A DNA stretch of 64,000 nucleotides from Perkinsela sp. CCAP 1560/9 (Eukaryota; Protista; Euglenozoa: Kinetoplastea), in contig CBFFSA010000003.1 of the NCBI GenBank assembly GCA_965644495.1, positions 62,001 to 126,000 of the forward strand, given 5' to 3'. Positions within the stretch are counted from its first letter, which is position 1, and each line of letters opens with the position of its first letter. Position numbers and translations under genes: made by a program. Under the pieces are notes generated by a model. It searched no databases and was not told the DNA's origin. It worked only from the letters and a program-made list of their open reading frames with translations. This document shows, one piece after another, positions 22,838 to 33,176 of this stretch.

Positions 22838-24957
22838 TGTTTTCAAGAGGAAAGTAAAGAGTTTCTGCACAAATCCAAATCATTCCGGATTGCCCCGGAC
22901 GGTCACTGGCAAGCGAGACCCTTCACATGGGCCCCATTCCATTCCCCCATGGATCTCCCGTTTTTTGAGTTTGTTTTTTGAATTTAGACCACCGAGGACC
23001 TTTTATAATTTTTTCCTTTATTACTGAGTTCCTACTTATTTTTGTTCACTTTTTTCCAAAAATCAAGGGTAGAGCGATAGTTATACCACCGCAGTGTGTA
23101 CATATCGAAAGAGAAGTTGTTAGTAGAGAGGCGGAAAAAAAGACCCAAAACCTAAAATTAGGTCAAAAGGGACCTTTCTCTCCCAAAAAATTCAAGATGT
23201 TTTACGGGGAAAAGGTCACTTCAACTTTCCAAACTTGCATTAATTCTCTACCGAAAAGGTTTGAATCAAACCCATCAGTTTTGTAAAAGAACGTGAGGAA
23301 GAACGTCATGAACTCATCTTCAGGAAGAGGTTATCATTGTTTCGATAATTTCCCCTTTTTGCCATACATCTCCGTAGTAAGGTACTTTGTATTAAATGAA
23401 GTACGGACCCCCAATTTCGTACTACTAAGTACTTAGTCCCGTACTATCCGTACTAATTATAGTGTTACCTATGGAAACCTTATCTTGTGTTCGCTCGAGA
23501 TAATATCCTGTGCTTAAAAAGTACTGTGGTGTCGCTCGGGGATGTATTTCGTTTTCAGGCTGATAGATACGGAATATGCGACTACGTTGGATGGCTCCGC
23601 CCACATGGATGTTTCTTGTCACATGGATTGCTCTGGCCTACATTGTATGTACATATTGTAGTAGTAAATATTTAGATGAAATATAGATGTATTAACAAAT
23701 ATGTTGTACAAAAAGATTGTAAACCATTTTTGAACGATCCGAGACATATAATGTGGAAATATGGCATACAGTGTCGTACAAATACATCTCTCGTAAGGTA
23801 AGATGATGGTGCACATGAATAGACATTCAAACATCCATGTTTATTGATGTTTTAGCACATACATATAGCACATACATATAATAAATACAAATAGTAAATA
23901 ATGAAGCAAATAAATGTATATGGCGAACTGTAAAGTTACATTACGTAGATACATTACGTTTACAAAGGGGAAAAACAAGATGAACACAAGGAGATCACGG
24001 AAAAAACCCACGTAAACGTTTCGAAAAATTTATAGCCTTCAATATCAAAAATGTTAACGGTCGAAAAAGTTTTAAACGAAATGAAAATATAGCACACAAC
24101 GTTCACGGATATAGCACTTTTCACTTTCTTGCTCTTCATCTGAATCGCCACTTTCCAGGAGATCAAAATCGCCTTCGGATAACTCGCATTCCATATTCGG
24201 ACTCTGCGTCATTTGCTTCATCTTATCCAGGTTTCCTCGCAAAAAAATTCGATCAGCAATAACGCGGGGAGGAAGTCTTGATTGGCGAGGGTTATACATG
24301 TATGCCAAGATGGAGAGACATGAATCACATTTCGTTACAAGGAGCGGGGTCCAAACGTAGTGCCGGGCGGCGAAAGCAACAGATGGAAAGAGTCTATCGC
24401 CAGCAGTTCACCAGTAATCGTACTCGTTGTGGTGTATGGATGGATTCCATTCAAAGTCAGTGCAGGTGACGTACGCTTGCCACTCTATATCAGTAATTGA
24501 AAATATTTTGTTTTGATCATTGAGAGATCCCAAACTTCGATCGAAAAGGTTGTTCGCCCTCTCAGCGCTAATACACTTCATATTGTAAGGACGAGCAAAT
24601 TCGGAAATAGAAATGGGGTCGAACCAAACGATATCTTTCCAGAATTCCATGTTGTGATTCTTGGAGAGCCGAGCCATGTGATGTTTGAGCGACTCTTTAA
24701 GTCCCTCAGGTCCTATTCCTTCTTCTGAGTCCTCAAACAACTGTTCCAAAGTTTCAGCAACATGCGTTGCCGTCGGTTTCCCATTTAAGTCAGAAAATTT
24801 GTTTAGTGCTACATACAGAATCTTACAGTCTTTAAGGAATGATGAGCAGGAATCACGGATACCATCAACGCCGTAACGGGCAATTAGCTTTGAGCATTTT
24901 ACAATAGACTGAGAGGTTGTACTTTTTTTGTTCAGTTCAGCTTCTATAAACGCATTA

Positions 24958-27013
24958 CCGTTACCCCCCCTTACTTATCCAGGTACGCTACTTATCACAA
25001 AATCCCAAACCTTACTTATCCGCAAGGATAAGTAGCGTACCTGGACCTTGGCCTTTTTTCCGAACTTTTTTATTGTTTTAGATTTGAGGTAGCTGTACAA
25101 TGCGTTGCTATTTTAAAGTATTTATCTATCTACAACTCTTGAATTCTTTTTTCTACAACTCATCCCCCCCCTCTCTCTCTCTGAATGTCTGACTTGAATC
25201 GGCTGGTTTTTCATGCAGGGCAGGTCCGCAACGCACTCTTACCACAAGAGGCGGTTGTCGTAATTCCGGATCCGAATGCCGTAGTCAATGTTATCCCAAA
25301 CGTTGAACTACTGGCCCATGCTCAAGTTGAACAAGACCGTCCACGGAAAAGTCGGGTCGAGCTTACTATCCAGCAGAAACTTAACATTTGTGCTGCAATA
25401 GAAGCTATGAAGCCCGAAGCAACAGTTGCCGCAGAGTTTCGCATCACTCCTTTGTCGATTTGCGAACGTTTGTCGCCGTCGTGTAAACGGTTGCACTCAA
25501 CTCGTTCCGACAGATGCTGATGAACGGGTCCGAAACTTTCTCGAGATGATGACTCTGATGAACGTCGATCGCAGAGGTTACTCTGTCATCCTCACGGGTG
25601 ATGAGACCGGAGTTGTGTGGGAACCTGTAAGTAGTGTTACAATTGAACTTCGTGGGACGCGGCGGGTGCGAGTTCGCACAGCCGGAACGGAACGCCAAAT
25701 GACGACAGCTTTTTTCGCGGCGCGCTCCGTTCGAGGCGCGGGTGGCGTTTGGGACCATACCATGTTGCCCCCTCATCTCATCTGGCAGGCGCAGTCCTCC
25801 ACAGGCCCCATCTCTCGGGAAATCAACGCGGCAGCTGTAAAGTACCGTTGTACTGCCACCACAACTGCATCGGGGTGGACAAATGACGACTCTTTTCTGG
25901 CATGGCTTCAAAGAGAGTTGTTAGACCATGCGCGTTATCCTCCGCGACAAACTTTACTTGTGATTGACCTCTATGCTGCTCATCGAACTCACAAAATTCT
26001 TTCTTACCTTCGTGAGCGAGAGGTTGATGTCTTGTTCATTCCTTCAGGTTGCACCTCGCTCATCCAACTCATGGATGTTGCAGTCAACCGAGCGTTCAAG
26101 CACCATTACCGGGATAAATTTTCTACCTGGCGTGCCTCTCAGAACGGGTTTCGCCGCCCCACGCGTCAGAAAATCACGCGTTTTGTCACTGAAGCGCTAC
26201 AGTCCTTTCCTGCAGTAGAAGCCTATCGTGTGGAATTTGAACGAAAGCTCTCATCCCACCTTCTACGAGGCGCAGAAACAATTTCCCCCCAACGGGTACA
26301 ATCTCTACGTGGTAGTACCCTTGTGGTTGGTGCAACGCCTGCAGAAGCTGCTTTGGAGACAGAAGTCGTCTCCAATGCTTTTCAGCAGCTTTCTTTCGGT
26401 GAGGAAGTGATTGATGCGGATACTGATCAATGAGCGCTTTTTGATATAAAATTGTGTGCACTCGGGCGTAATATGATAATTTTATAATATGAGAATAGAT
26501 TCAATTGAGGCATATCGAATATTTTTCGTTCGTTTTTACTCCTGGGTTGGTCGGAATGTCATTCTATAAAAATATTATTCCTCATATTTTTCTGGTTTTT
26601 TTTCCATGCTTTTACATGCCATCAACAACCAGCAACGACTACACTTTTTCCCCCCGCTTATTTCTTGTCATGTAATTAGCACTACTTTTTTTCGTGTTCT
26701 ATGATGTTGTTCTTATAATGTGCATGACATTCTCTTAGCCTTCATTTGTGTCAGAATCAAGTTTCACACTCGCGTTGTTTTTTATGTACCTTGTATATTT
26801 CGATTACTTCTCTCTGTTTGTTGTACAACTTTGTTTTCTCTATGTTATTGATTTCATTTATGGCAGGACGCTTCCGAAAACCACTCACCAACCTAAGGTA
26901 CACTACTCAGGCACGCTACTTAGCCAGGTACGCTACTTATCCAGGCACGCTACTTATCACAAAATCACTGATTTTGGGGTCAAAATGCGGGATAAGTAAG
27001 GGGGGGGTAACGG
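24958..27013 (+). mobile_element. pogo/Tigger-type DD35D transposon (internal deletion derivative)
   Basis: TIR CCGTTACCCCCCCTTACTTATCC with TA TSD. HTH-psq-like ORF 25185-25520 and DDE ORF 25426-26433 (GDETG, IDLYAAH, QLMD). About 250 bp present in the 57476 copy is missing near 25448. Confidence 0.9.
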
Positions 27014-27818
27014 TAATGGTATCAATATTGTTGGCTATGAACTCCATTGCTACGAACTTATCCTGGCACCAACGCGTGACACCACCTAGTTTGGGAGTTT
27101 CGACGCCCTGCGATTTCGAAGCTCTATCTAATGCAGCTAGAACAGCCCCTCCATGTTCCTGCAAAATGCTACATTTCTCATCCCAAGTTAAAGCTGAAAC
27201 GCTTAATTTTTCTAGCAGACTCTCAGATTCACTTGGAATAACTGTTTTTAAGATTACGAGACTGTCCAAAAGACCGTTTTCGAGCCCCGAATGATACTTT
27301 TTTAAACATCTATCCCCGAACCTGCTGCAATAGGTTCGAAAATTCGATGAAGCCGTGACAAAAGTCTCATCAGATTTCGCAAGCTTTATTCCTAAAGCAA
27401 TACATTTGTACTTGTCTTTAGATGCACTGGGTTTTCCAGCAGAGCAAAAAGCCTGGGCGAAAGCTTTCTTGAATTTAAAGGCAGGGGATTCCTCATAGGA
27501 CTTGAAGGCCGTGTTGCACACACAGTTTATCATGTGACCTATGCAGGAAAGCAAAGCTGGGAACTGCTTGGCGCAAACCGTGCTCGAAGTTCATGAGATC
27601 ATCACTTCCAACTTGGTCTGTTCTCTCATAAATGTCCCGCAAATGTCCTTCACAATACAATCTGGCCACATGATTAACGGCGCTACCGTCAACCATTAGA
27701 AACTTCTTCTTCAGTGGTCAGAGCCAATGTTAATAGTCAAACTACTAACCAGTGTTTTTGCCATGAGCTTCCCATCAAATGCCTTGTATTGTGGTGAGTA
27801 CATAGGCGGAAGAGCATA

Positions 27819-29436
27819 CAGTCCAGGTACTGGTTTCCCCCCCAGGCTCCTGAGCACACCGTAAGAGCTTTTGACCTAATTCCTTCGGCATTCAACAGAT
27901 CTCGAAAAAGTAGAACGTTTCCCGTCGTTTGTTTGCCCATCACCCCCCCTGGGTCAAAAATATTTTGAAAACACACGAAAAAATAGCATAATTTTACCAA
28001 AAAAATCCAATATTTCAAAAAATTAGGAGTTTTTTATTCAAATATGGTTTCTTATTCTATGAATTTGAGGGATGCCCCCGTTAAATCTACTAAAGGTCAG
28101 TACTCCAACTCGCCGAAAAACAAGACACACCATATTACCCATAAAACTTCGCGATGTGCACTCCCAGAGCGCCTTGAAATTGTCCGCCAATATAAAAAAG
28201 GAAATTCGATTCATACTTTAGCTAAAAATTTTGGCAGGGACAGAAAGACTGTCCGTGAAATTCTGTCTACGTGGAAGTCTAAAAGTCCACTAGGACCCAA
28301 ACCCCACCCAGGCCCTGGTTTTTCTGTGTCTACGAAGCCATTCAGGGCGGCACTCGTCAAAGTTGTTGACGATGCTAACAAAACAATCGATGGCTGCCAA
28401 TCCTTTCCTTGGGTACATAACGAAAAGATTAAAAAGGGGTTTCATTGCTCTCTAAGCACAATAAAGAAAACTCTACGTTCATTAAATTACCTACTACAAG
28501 CAAAAGCACCTAGCTGCGAGTTAAAGCAACATCACAAAGAGGCCCGCTTAAGTCTAGCAGAGTCTTTATTGTCCTTTCCCAAAGAAAAATTAGATTCTAT
28601 AATTTGGACGGACGAAAAAAAATTTACATGTGGTTCAAAGACTTACTCTCGCTTTTTTATCGGAAAGAAAGGATGTACTAAAATTAAAATGAGGAGAAAC
28701 AACCGATGGTTTGGTGGTAAAGGTGTCATGATATGGATGGGAATCAGTGTGAAACACGGCCCTTTTTTGCATTTGTTTTCATCCCAATCGCAAGGTAAAA
28801 AAATTAGGGATGCAAGTTCCGTGAAGGGTGAAACGATTCTCGTTGAGTGTTTTTCAAAAAGGGGGGGTATTCTTGAATATTTAGTTGAAAATAGAGAACA
28901 AGCGATTGTGCAAATGGACAATGCGGCCACGCATAACAAAACGAAGCGTGTCCTTTTCGAAAAAGGAATTACTCGATTGGAGTGGCCAACACTCTCTCCT
29001 GACCTCAATCCGATCGAGAATGTTTGGTCAATAATGGACCGAATTGTAAAAGACATTCTGAAGCCAGAGACTGAAACACAGCTCCGGAAGGCAATAAAGA
29101 AAGCCTTCATGATGCTTAAGCGTCATCCTTATCGACGTAAGTCTTAAATTGCATAAATTCAGTACCTAAACGCTTGCGAATAGTGCAGAGCGTTCAAGGA
29201 GACCATTGTGGGTATTACTATAGGAATTCATACACCTTTTTTGTCATTTTTTACCAACATTGTTTTTGAAATTTGCCATCTTTGATCACACCCACCCAGA
29301 ACCGAGGGGGGGTGATGGGCAAACAAACGACGGGAAACGCTCTACTTTTTCGAGATCTGTTGAATGCCGAAGGAACTAGGTCAAAAGCTCTTACGGTGTG
29401 CTCAGGAGCCTGGGGGGGAAACCAATACCTGGACTG
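27819..29436 (+). mobile_element. Tc1/IS630-family transposon with ~130-bp TIRs
   Basis: TA-CAGTCCAGGTA...CATCACCCCCCCT is inverted at 29305-29436, with a TA TSD. Confidence 0.93.
28044..29147 (+). CDS. Tc1-like transposase (DD32E), frameshifted near the C-terminus
   Basis: HTH, WTDEKKF, QMDNAATH, SPDLNPIENVW. The typical C-terminus NCINSVPKRL..GDHCGY continues in another frame after ~29140. Confidence 0.9.
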   Translation: MVSYSMNLRDAPVKSTKGQYSNSPKNKTHHITHKTSRCALPERLEIVRQYKKGNSIHTLAKNFGRDRKTVREILSTWKSKSPLGPKPHPGPGFSVSTKPFRAALVKVVDDANKTIDGCQSFPWVHNEKIKKGFHCSLSTIKKTLRSLNYLLQAKAPSCELKQHHKEARLSLAESLLSFPKEKLDSIIWTDEKKFTCGSKTYSRFFIGKKGCTKIKMRRNNRWFGGKGVMIWMGISVKHGPFLHLFSSQSQGKKIRDASSVKGETILVECFSKRGGILEYLVENREQAIVQMDNAATHNKTKRVLFEKGITRLEWPTLSPDLNPIENVWSIMDRIVKDILKPETETQLRKAIKKAFMMLKRHPYRRKS

Positions 29437-30528
29437 TATTCCTTGGGACCGATATACAAAACACATAGCAATATATGCTCCCCTTTCATTCGATCAATAC
29501 CGGCGTCAATGGCGGCTCCAAAGTACAGATACTTGTCAATATCTGTCTTTAGAATATCCCAGAGTTCATCTGCCAGAACAGATTCGTACTCATGCAGTTT
29601 TCCAGTCTTCTTTGGAAAAAATGTAAGAAATTGCTGAATCGTGAAGTTGGATGGCCATTGCTCAAGGAAAGATCGAACAAACGTCAAGAACTGCCGCGAA
29701 GGAATGTTCATGAGTGCATGCATGCAAGGAACAGTGCGAGTAGCGTAAATCTCGGCCTCCTTGTTGCTTGTCAAGGCGACCTGAACGGCTGTAGCTTGCT
29801 CTCGCTTCACTCGGACTTCACATTCTCTGCGATGATGTTGATAATGATTCCGCGTCCGACAGTGAGACTCGAAACGGCAGCCAGGAGCAGTACACTTGTA
29901 GTGGCAGTCATGGCCCATGCCGTCAACGGGCATCGCGTCGTGGTTGTGAAGACAATTTGCGGAGCACCGTACTACCTCAAAATTCGGTACTGCCCCTTCT
30001 TGCATAAGACCACTAGGGGGTATCGCACGCTGCGTAGCGTGTAAAGTAGAAGGGGGTGATAGACTTGCCTCACTTTCGTCGGAGCCCACCACACTACCGC
30101 GTGGTTTGCTAGGCATGTAGAAACTGAGTCGGGGATGAGAAGAAGTTCAAGTGTATAAAAAGAAGAAACTGACTGAACAATACTACTGCAAACACCAACA
30201 AAGAACTCCATAAAAGTATAAATTTTTCGTCAATATAAAAGGATAATTGTTCAGTAAGCCGAATTTGTTTTTCCTAGTACGAACTTTCGTACTTAGTACG
30301 AATAGTACGGTACTAAGTACGGTACTGTCGTACTAAGGAGATGTATGTTTTGCCTTTCAAAAGGAGTCTCAGAAGGGCCTTGTGAGTCCATTACAGAAAG
30401 GAAACTTAGTGCAATCGCTCTATAGGAACGACATCTCTAGTTTGCAACAAAGATGAGCAGAACAGATTAAAAGTACATCTCGCCAAAGAGGGAAATTGTG
30501 ACTGATACGGTAATAAATGCAATTCAAA

Positions 30529-31932
30529 TCATAAATTTACAAATAAGACACGAATCCTGTACATGAGACTTCCAAGGGAAATGCTTACCAGGAGGCCAAG
30601 CAATTGCGTTAATATATTGAACTCATTAGCCAATGGCGAAATCAGAAGCATCAAACATGTAAATACGAGAAATCCTATTTCCCTCCGGCATTTAGTACAT
30701 ATGGCTCCAACAATTCCCCTTGAAGAATCTCCGGAATTCTTTCGAATTCTGTTACCCTCTGTCAGCGGTGCCTGAAACTGTAATTTCAAAAAATGCCTCT
30801 GCGATCTCACCTTTATACCACTATTCATCAAAAGACAAGATCTTAGAATAGGATCATTGAAGTCTATTTGAGCATCCTTCGTGTGAAAATAGTGGAAAAG
30901 GGAAAGAATGGTGTCTCCAGCCACGTGGCTCAAAGCATCCGACATATCATCTAGGGTACGTGTCGTTAGGACACGTACACCAAAGTTTTGAGGGATATGC
31001 CTCTTTTGGCTAAGCAATAGACGACGTCGAGAAGTCGTATTAATACAAATACTTCCCCGTCTCATATTGGTAACTAAGCCTCCTGTGAGATGCATAAGAC
31101 GGTGTTCTTGAATCCCTTCAAGAGCTATAATAACAATATCAAAATTGATCAATTCGGGAATAAGGCACCGATGAATACCTCCCTCCCTTTTTGCTCTCGA
31201 AGAGGGAGATGCTGGTAAAGTTATGTACGAGATGTTAAGATCCTGAATGCACTTTGTACTACTTTCGTGCGTATCAGCCATTGTAACGGAACCGCCCAGG
31301 AGTGAGCCATAACGTGCAGCAGCCATGGCAACTCTACCGGAGCCAAGAATTAGTACCTGAGCACGAGATAACACACGCTCAGGTGTGGTATAGCCCTGAA
31401 GAGGCTTAGCGTAGGCCTTTGCGGCGGTAAGGATAGCGCGATATCCGATGAGATCCGCAGCGCTACTTGTGAAACTACCGCCCTGTGTACCCATTTCTGC
31501 GCGATCCATTAACAACACACTGGCTTTCTTTTTCTGGAGCAAAGGAATCTGCTTGATTCCGCATCGCCCGTAGGGTGTGAATATCCAAGTCGTGTTCTGG
31601 GTTAATTTTTCCAATACCTGTGCACTGGGCGAATGCAATGCAATGAAACATTTGGCTTGGGAGTACATTTGGTTGTGACCCACGATCTCAGCACCAGCAT
31701 TGTGAAAGATTCGGTTTGATATCCCTACTTGCTCTCCAATGTGCTCCTCTATGAGTACTCGTATTCCCATGCGTGTGAGCTGTTGCACGTGATGCGGCGC
31801 AAGGGGAAGACATACGCGGCGTTGATGCATCTGGACCGGGACACCGACCACCAGGTCGTTAAATTTCACGATGGAAGCAAAGGGTTTGGAGATACCCATT
31901 GCGGCTAGTGATAGTTTCGCCATGCGGGACAT
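30529..31932 (-). CDS. NAD(P) transhydrogenase alpha subunit (dI plus TM helices), divergent
   Basis: VGVP..QRRV, GAEIV, IGYRA, VLILGSGRVAMAA, MRRGS and DFNDPILRS, followed by TM helices. Confidence 0.8.
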   Translation of the reverse strand: MSRMAKLSLAAMGISKPFASIVKFNDLVVGVPVQMHQRRVCLPLAPHHVQQLTRMGIRVLIEEHIGEQVGISNRIFHNAGAEIVGHNQMYSQAKCFIALHSPSAQVLEKLTQNTTWIFTPYGRCGIKQIPLLQKKKASVLLMDRAEMGTQGGSFTSSAADLIGYRAILTAAKAYAKPLQGYTTPERVLSRAQVLILGSGRVAMAAARYGSLLGGSVTMADTHESSTKCIQDLNISYITLPASPSSRAKREGGIHRCLIPELINFDIVIIALEGIQEHRLMHLTGGLVTNMRRGSICINTTSRRRLLLSQKRHIPQNFGVRVLTTRTLDDMSDALSHVAGDTILSLFHYFHTKDAQIDFNDPILRSCLLMNSGIKVRSQRHFLKLQFQAPLTEGNRIRKNSGDSSRGIVGAICTKCRREIGFLVFTCLMLLISPLANEFNILTQLLGLLVSISLGSLMYRIRVLFVNL

Positions 31933-32425
31933 CGCTCATTCCGAGTAATAAAAACGGTACGTAGGCATCCGCGGCCTTATGCTCTACTTTATTTGATAAC
32001 TAATTGAAGCGTCCACTGTTGTGCCATGGAAATAAGAGATGTAATAACAGGAATAGTAAAAGCCTATTAAGTGAAAGTTTCGACAAAGATAAAGGAAATC
32101 GAAAGAGGAACAGATGGTAACACACTAGAGGAAAGGTAACACACTAACGCAATAATACAAATTATAAAAGTATTATGTAAATAACCTAAAACACAATTCA
32201 CCATCGTTCATGAAAAATTAGAGATTGTTTATATAATTCTCGTATTTTAAGAGTGATTTCTTAACCTAATGCAATGTTTAGGAAATAAATATTTAAAATT
32301 GAATTTTCTATAGGAGGATGGAAAGGTATACATAAATCTATGATACATAAATATAGTCATAGACATTTACGGGAAAACTGAATCACTTGAATATGCCGTA
32401 ATTTACGCGAAACATGTAAATTACT

Positions 32426-32872
32426 TCACGATTTAATACCCGTAGACCCGAATCCACCCTCCCCACGCTGCGTCTCGTCTAAACGTTCGACCTCCACCAC
32501 CTCTGGGGTCACAATACGTTCCAGTACAAGCTGAGCGATGCGGTCGCCCCGCTTTACGTCGAAGTCCGCACTGCCGTGGTTGAACAACACAACGCCAACA
32601 TTTCCCCTGTAGTCCTCGTCAATCACACCCGCCCCGACATCGATAAAATGTTTCACCGCCAATCCTGAGCGAGGCGCAACTCTGCCATAAGTCCCGGGCG
32701 GCACAGCAATGGATAAATCGGTAGGGACAATTTGTTTGCCGCGTGCGGGGACAGTGTGATCGCCCGCGCTGCACAGGTCATAGCCAGCCGCAGAGGAACT
32801 GCCGCGGATGGGAAGTGTTGCTGCAGAGGAGAGACGCACGACGCGTAGCGGAAGAGTCCCTATGGTTGTCAT
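32426..32872 (-). CDS. DUT: dUTPase, trimeric beta-sheet family
   Basis: All five motifs present: [39 protein letters not shown] at 32872. Confidence 0.97.
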   Translation of the reverse strand: MTTIGTLPLRVVRLSSAATLPIRGSSSAAGYDLCSAGDHTVPARGKQIVPTDLSIAVPPGTYGRVAPRSGLAVKHFIDVGAGVIDEDYRGNVGVVLFNHGSADFDVKRGDRIAQLVLERIVTPEVVEVERLDETQRGEGGFGSTGIKS

Positions 32873-33176
32873 CAAAAAAACGTATCGGAGGGTAGAGGTG
32901 TGGTCTAAAAATTCAATGCAGTAGATGTGTATGTGTAGATGTGTATGTTGTGTAAAAATAGGAAAAAAGAGGTTAAAATCATCAAAACAATTTAAGGGAA
33001 ACCAATTAATCGACAATTTTTTTCTCAACAAATTTATGGCGAAAACCCATATTTTCGCCATAAATTTTTATTAGGATTCGAATCACGAAGCGCGGTAAAA
33101 AATTGAATGAGAAAGAACTCAGTTTCTAAAAATAAAAATTCTTGATTAAAGGTCGGATGATTACAAAAGACGAAAT

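Larger units (their letters stand above)
24072..30116 (-). pseudogene. hAT-like transposase pseudogene split by Tc1 and pogo insertions
   Basis: Removing the inserts rejoins the frame (GPKEY|ALPP; NNIDTI|NAF). Motifs: Cys/His finger, AAIDAG, MVDGSAVN, CIGHMIN (CxxH), GVTRW, and dimerization-like W..FPSVAFAARHYVWTPLLVTKCDSCLS...RQSRL. Stops and frameshifts are present. Confidence 0.8.
23363..30347 (-). mobile_element. hAT-like DNA transposon (6-bp TSD) with two nested elements
   Basis: 11-bp TIR CATACATCTCC / GGAGATGTATG, TTTTGC duplicated on both sides, and dense GTACTA subterminal repeats at both ends. Confidence 0.85.

Noticed and set aside
24408-24410. Stop-codon reassignment (in-frame TGA in TE ORFs)
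   Set aside because: Host genes have no internal stops and use TGA as a terminator. The TE copies also carry frameshifts, so they are simply decayed.
25426-25520. Programmed frameshift between the pogo HTH and DDE ORFs
   Set aside because: Comparison with the 57476 copy shows a ~250-bp internal deletion, not recoding.
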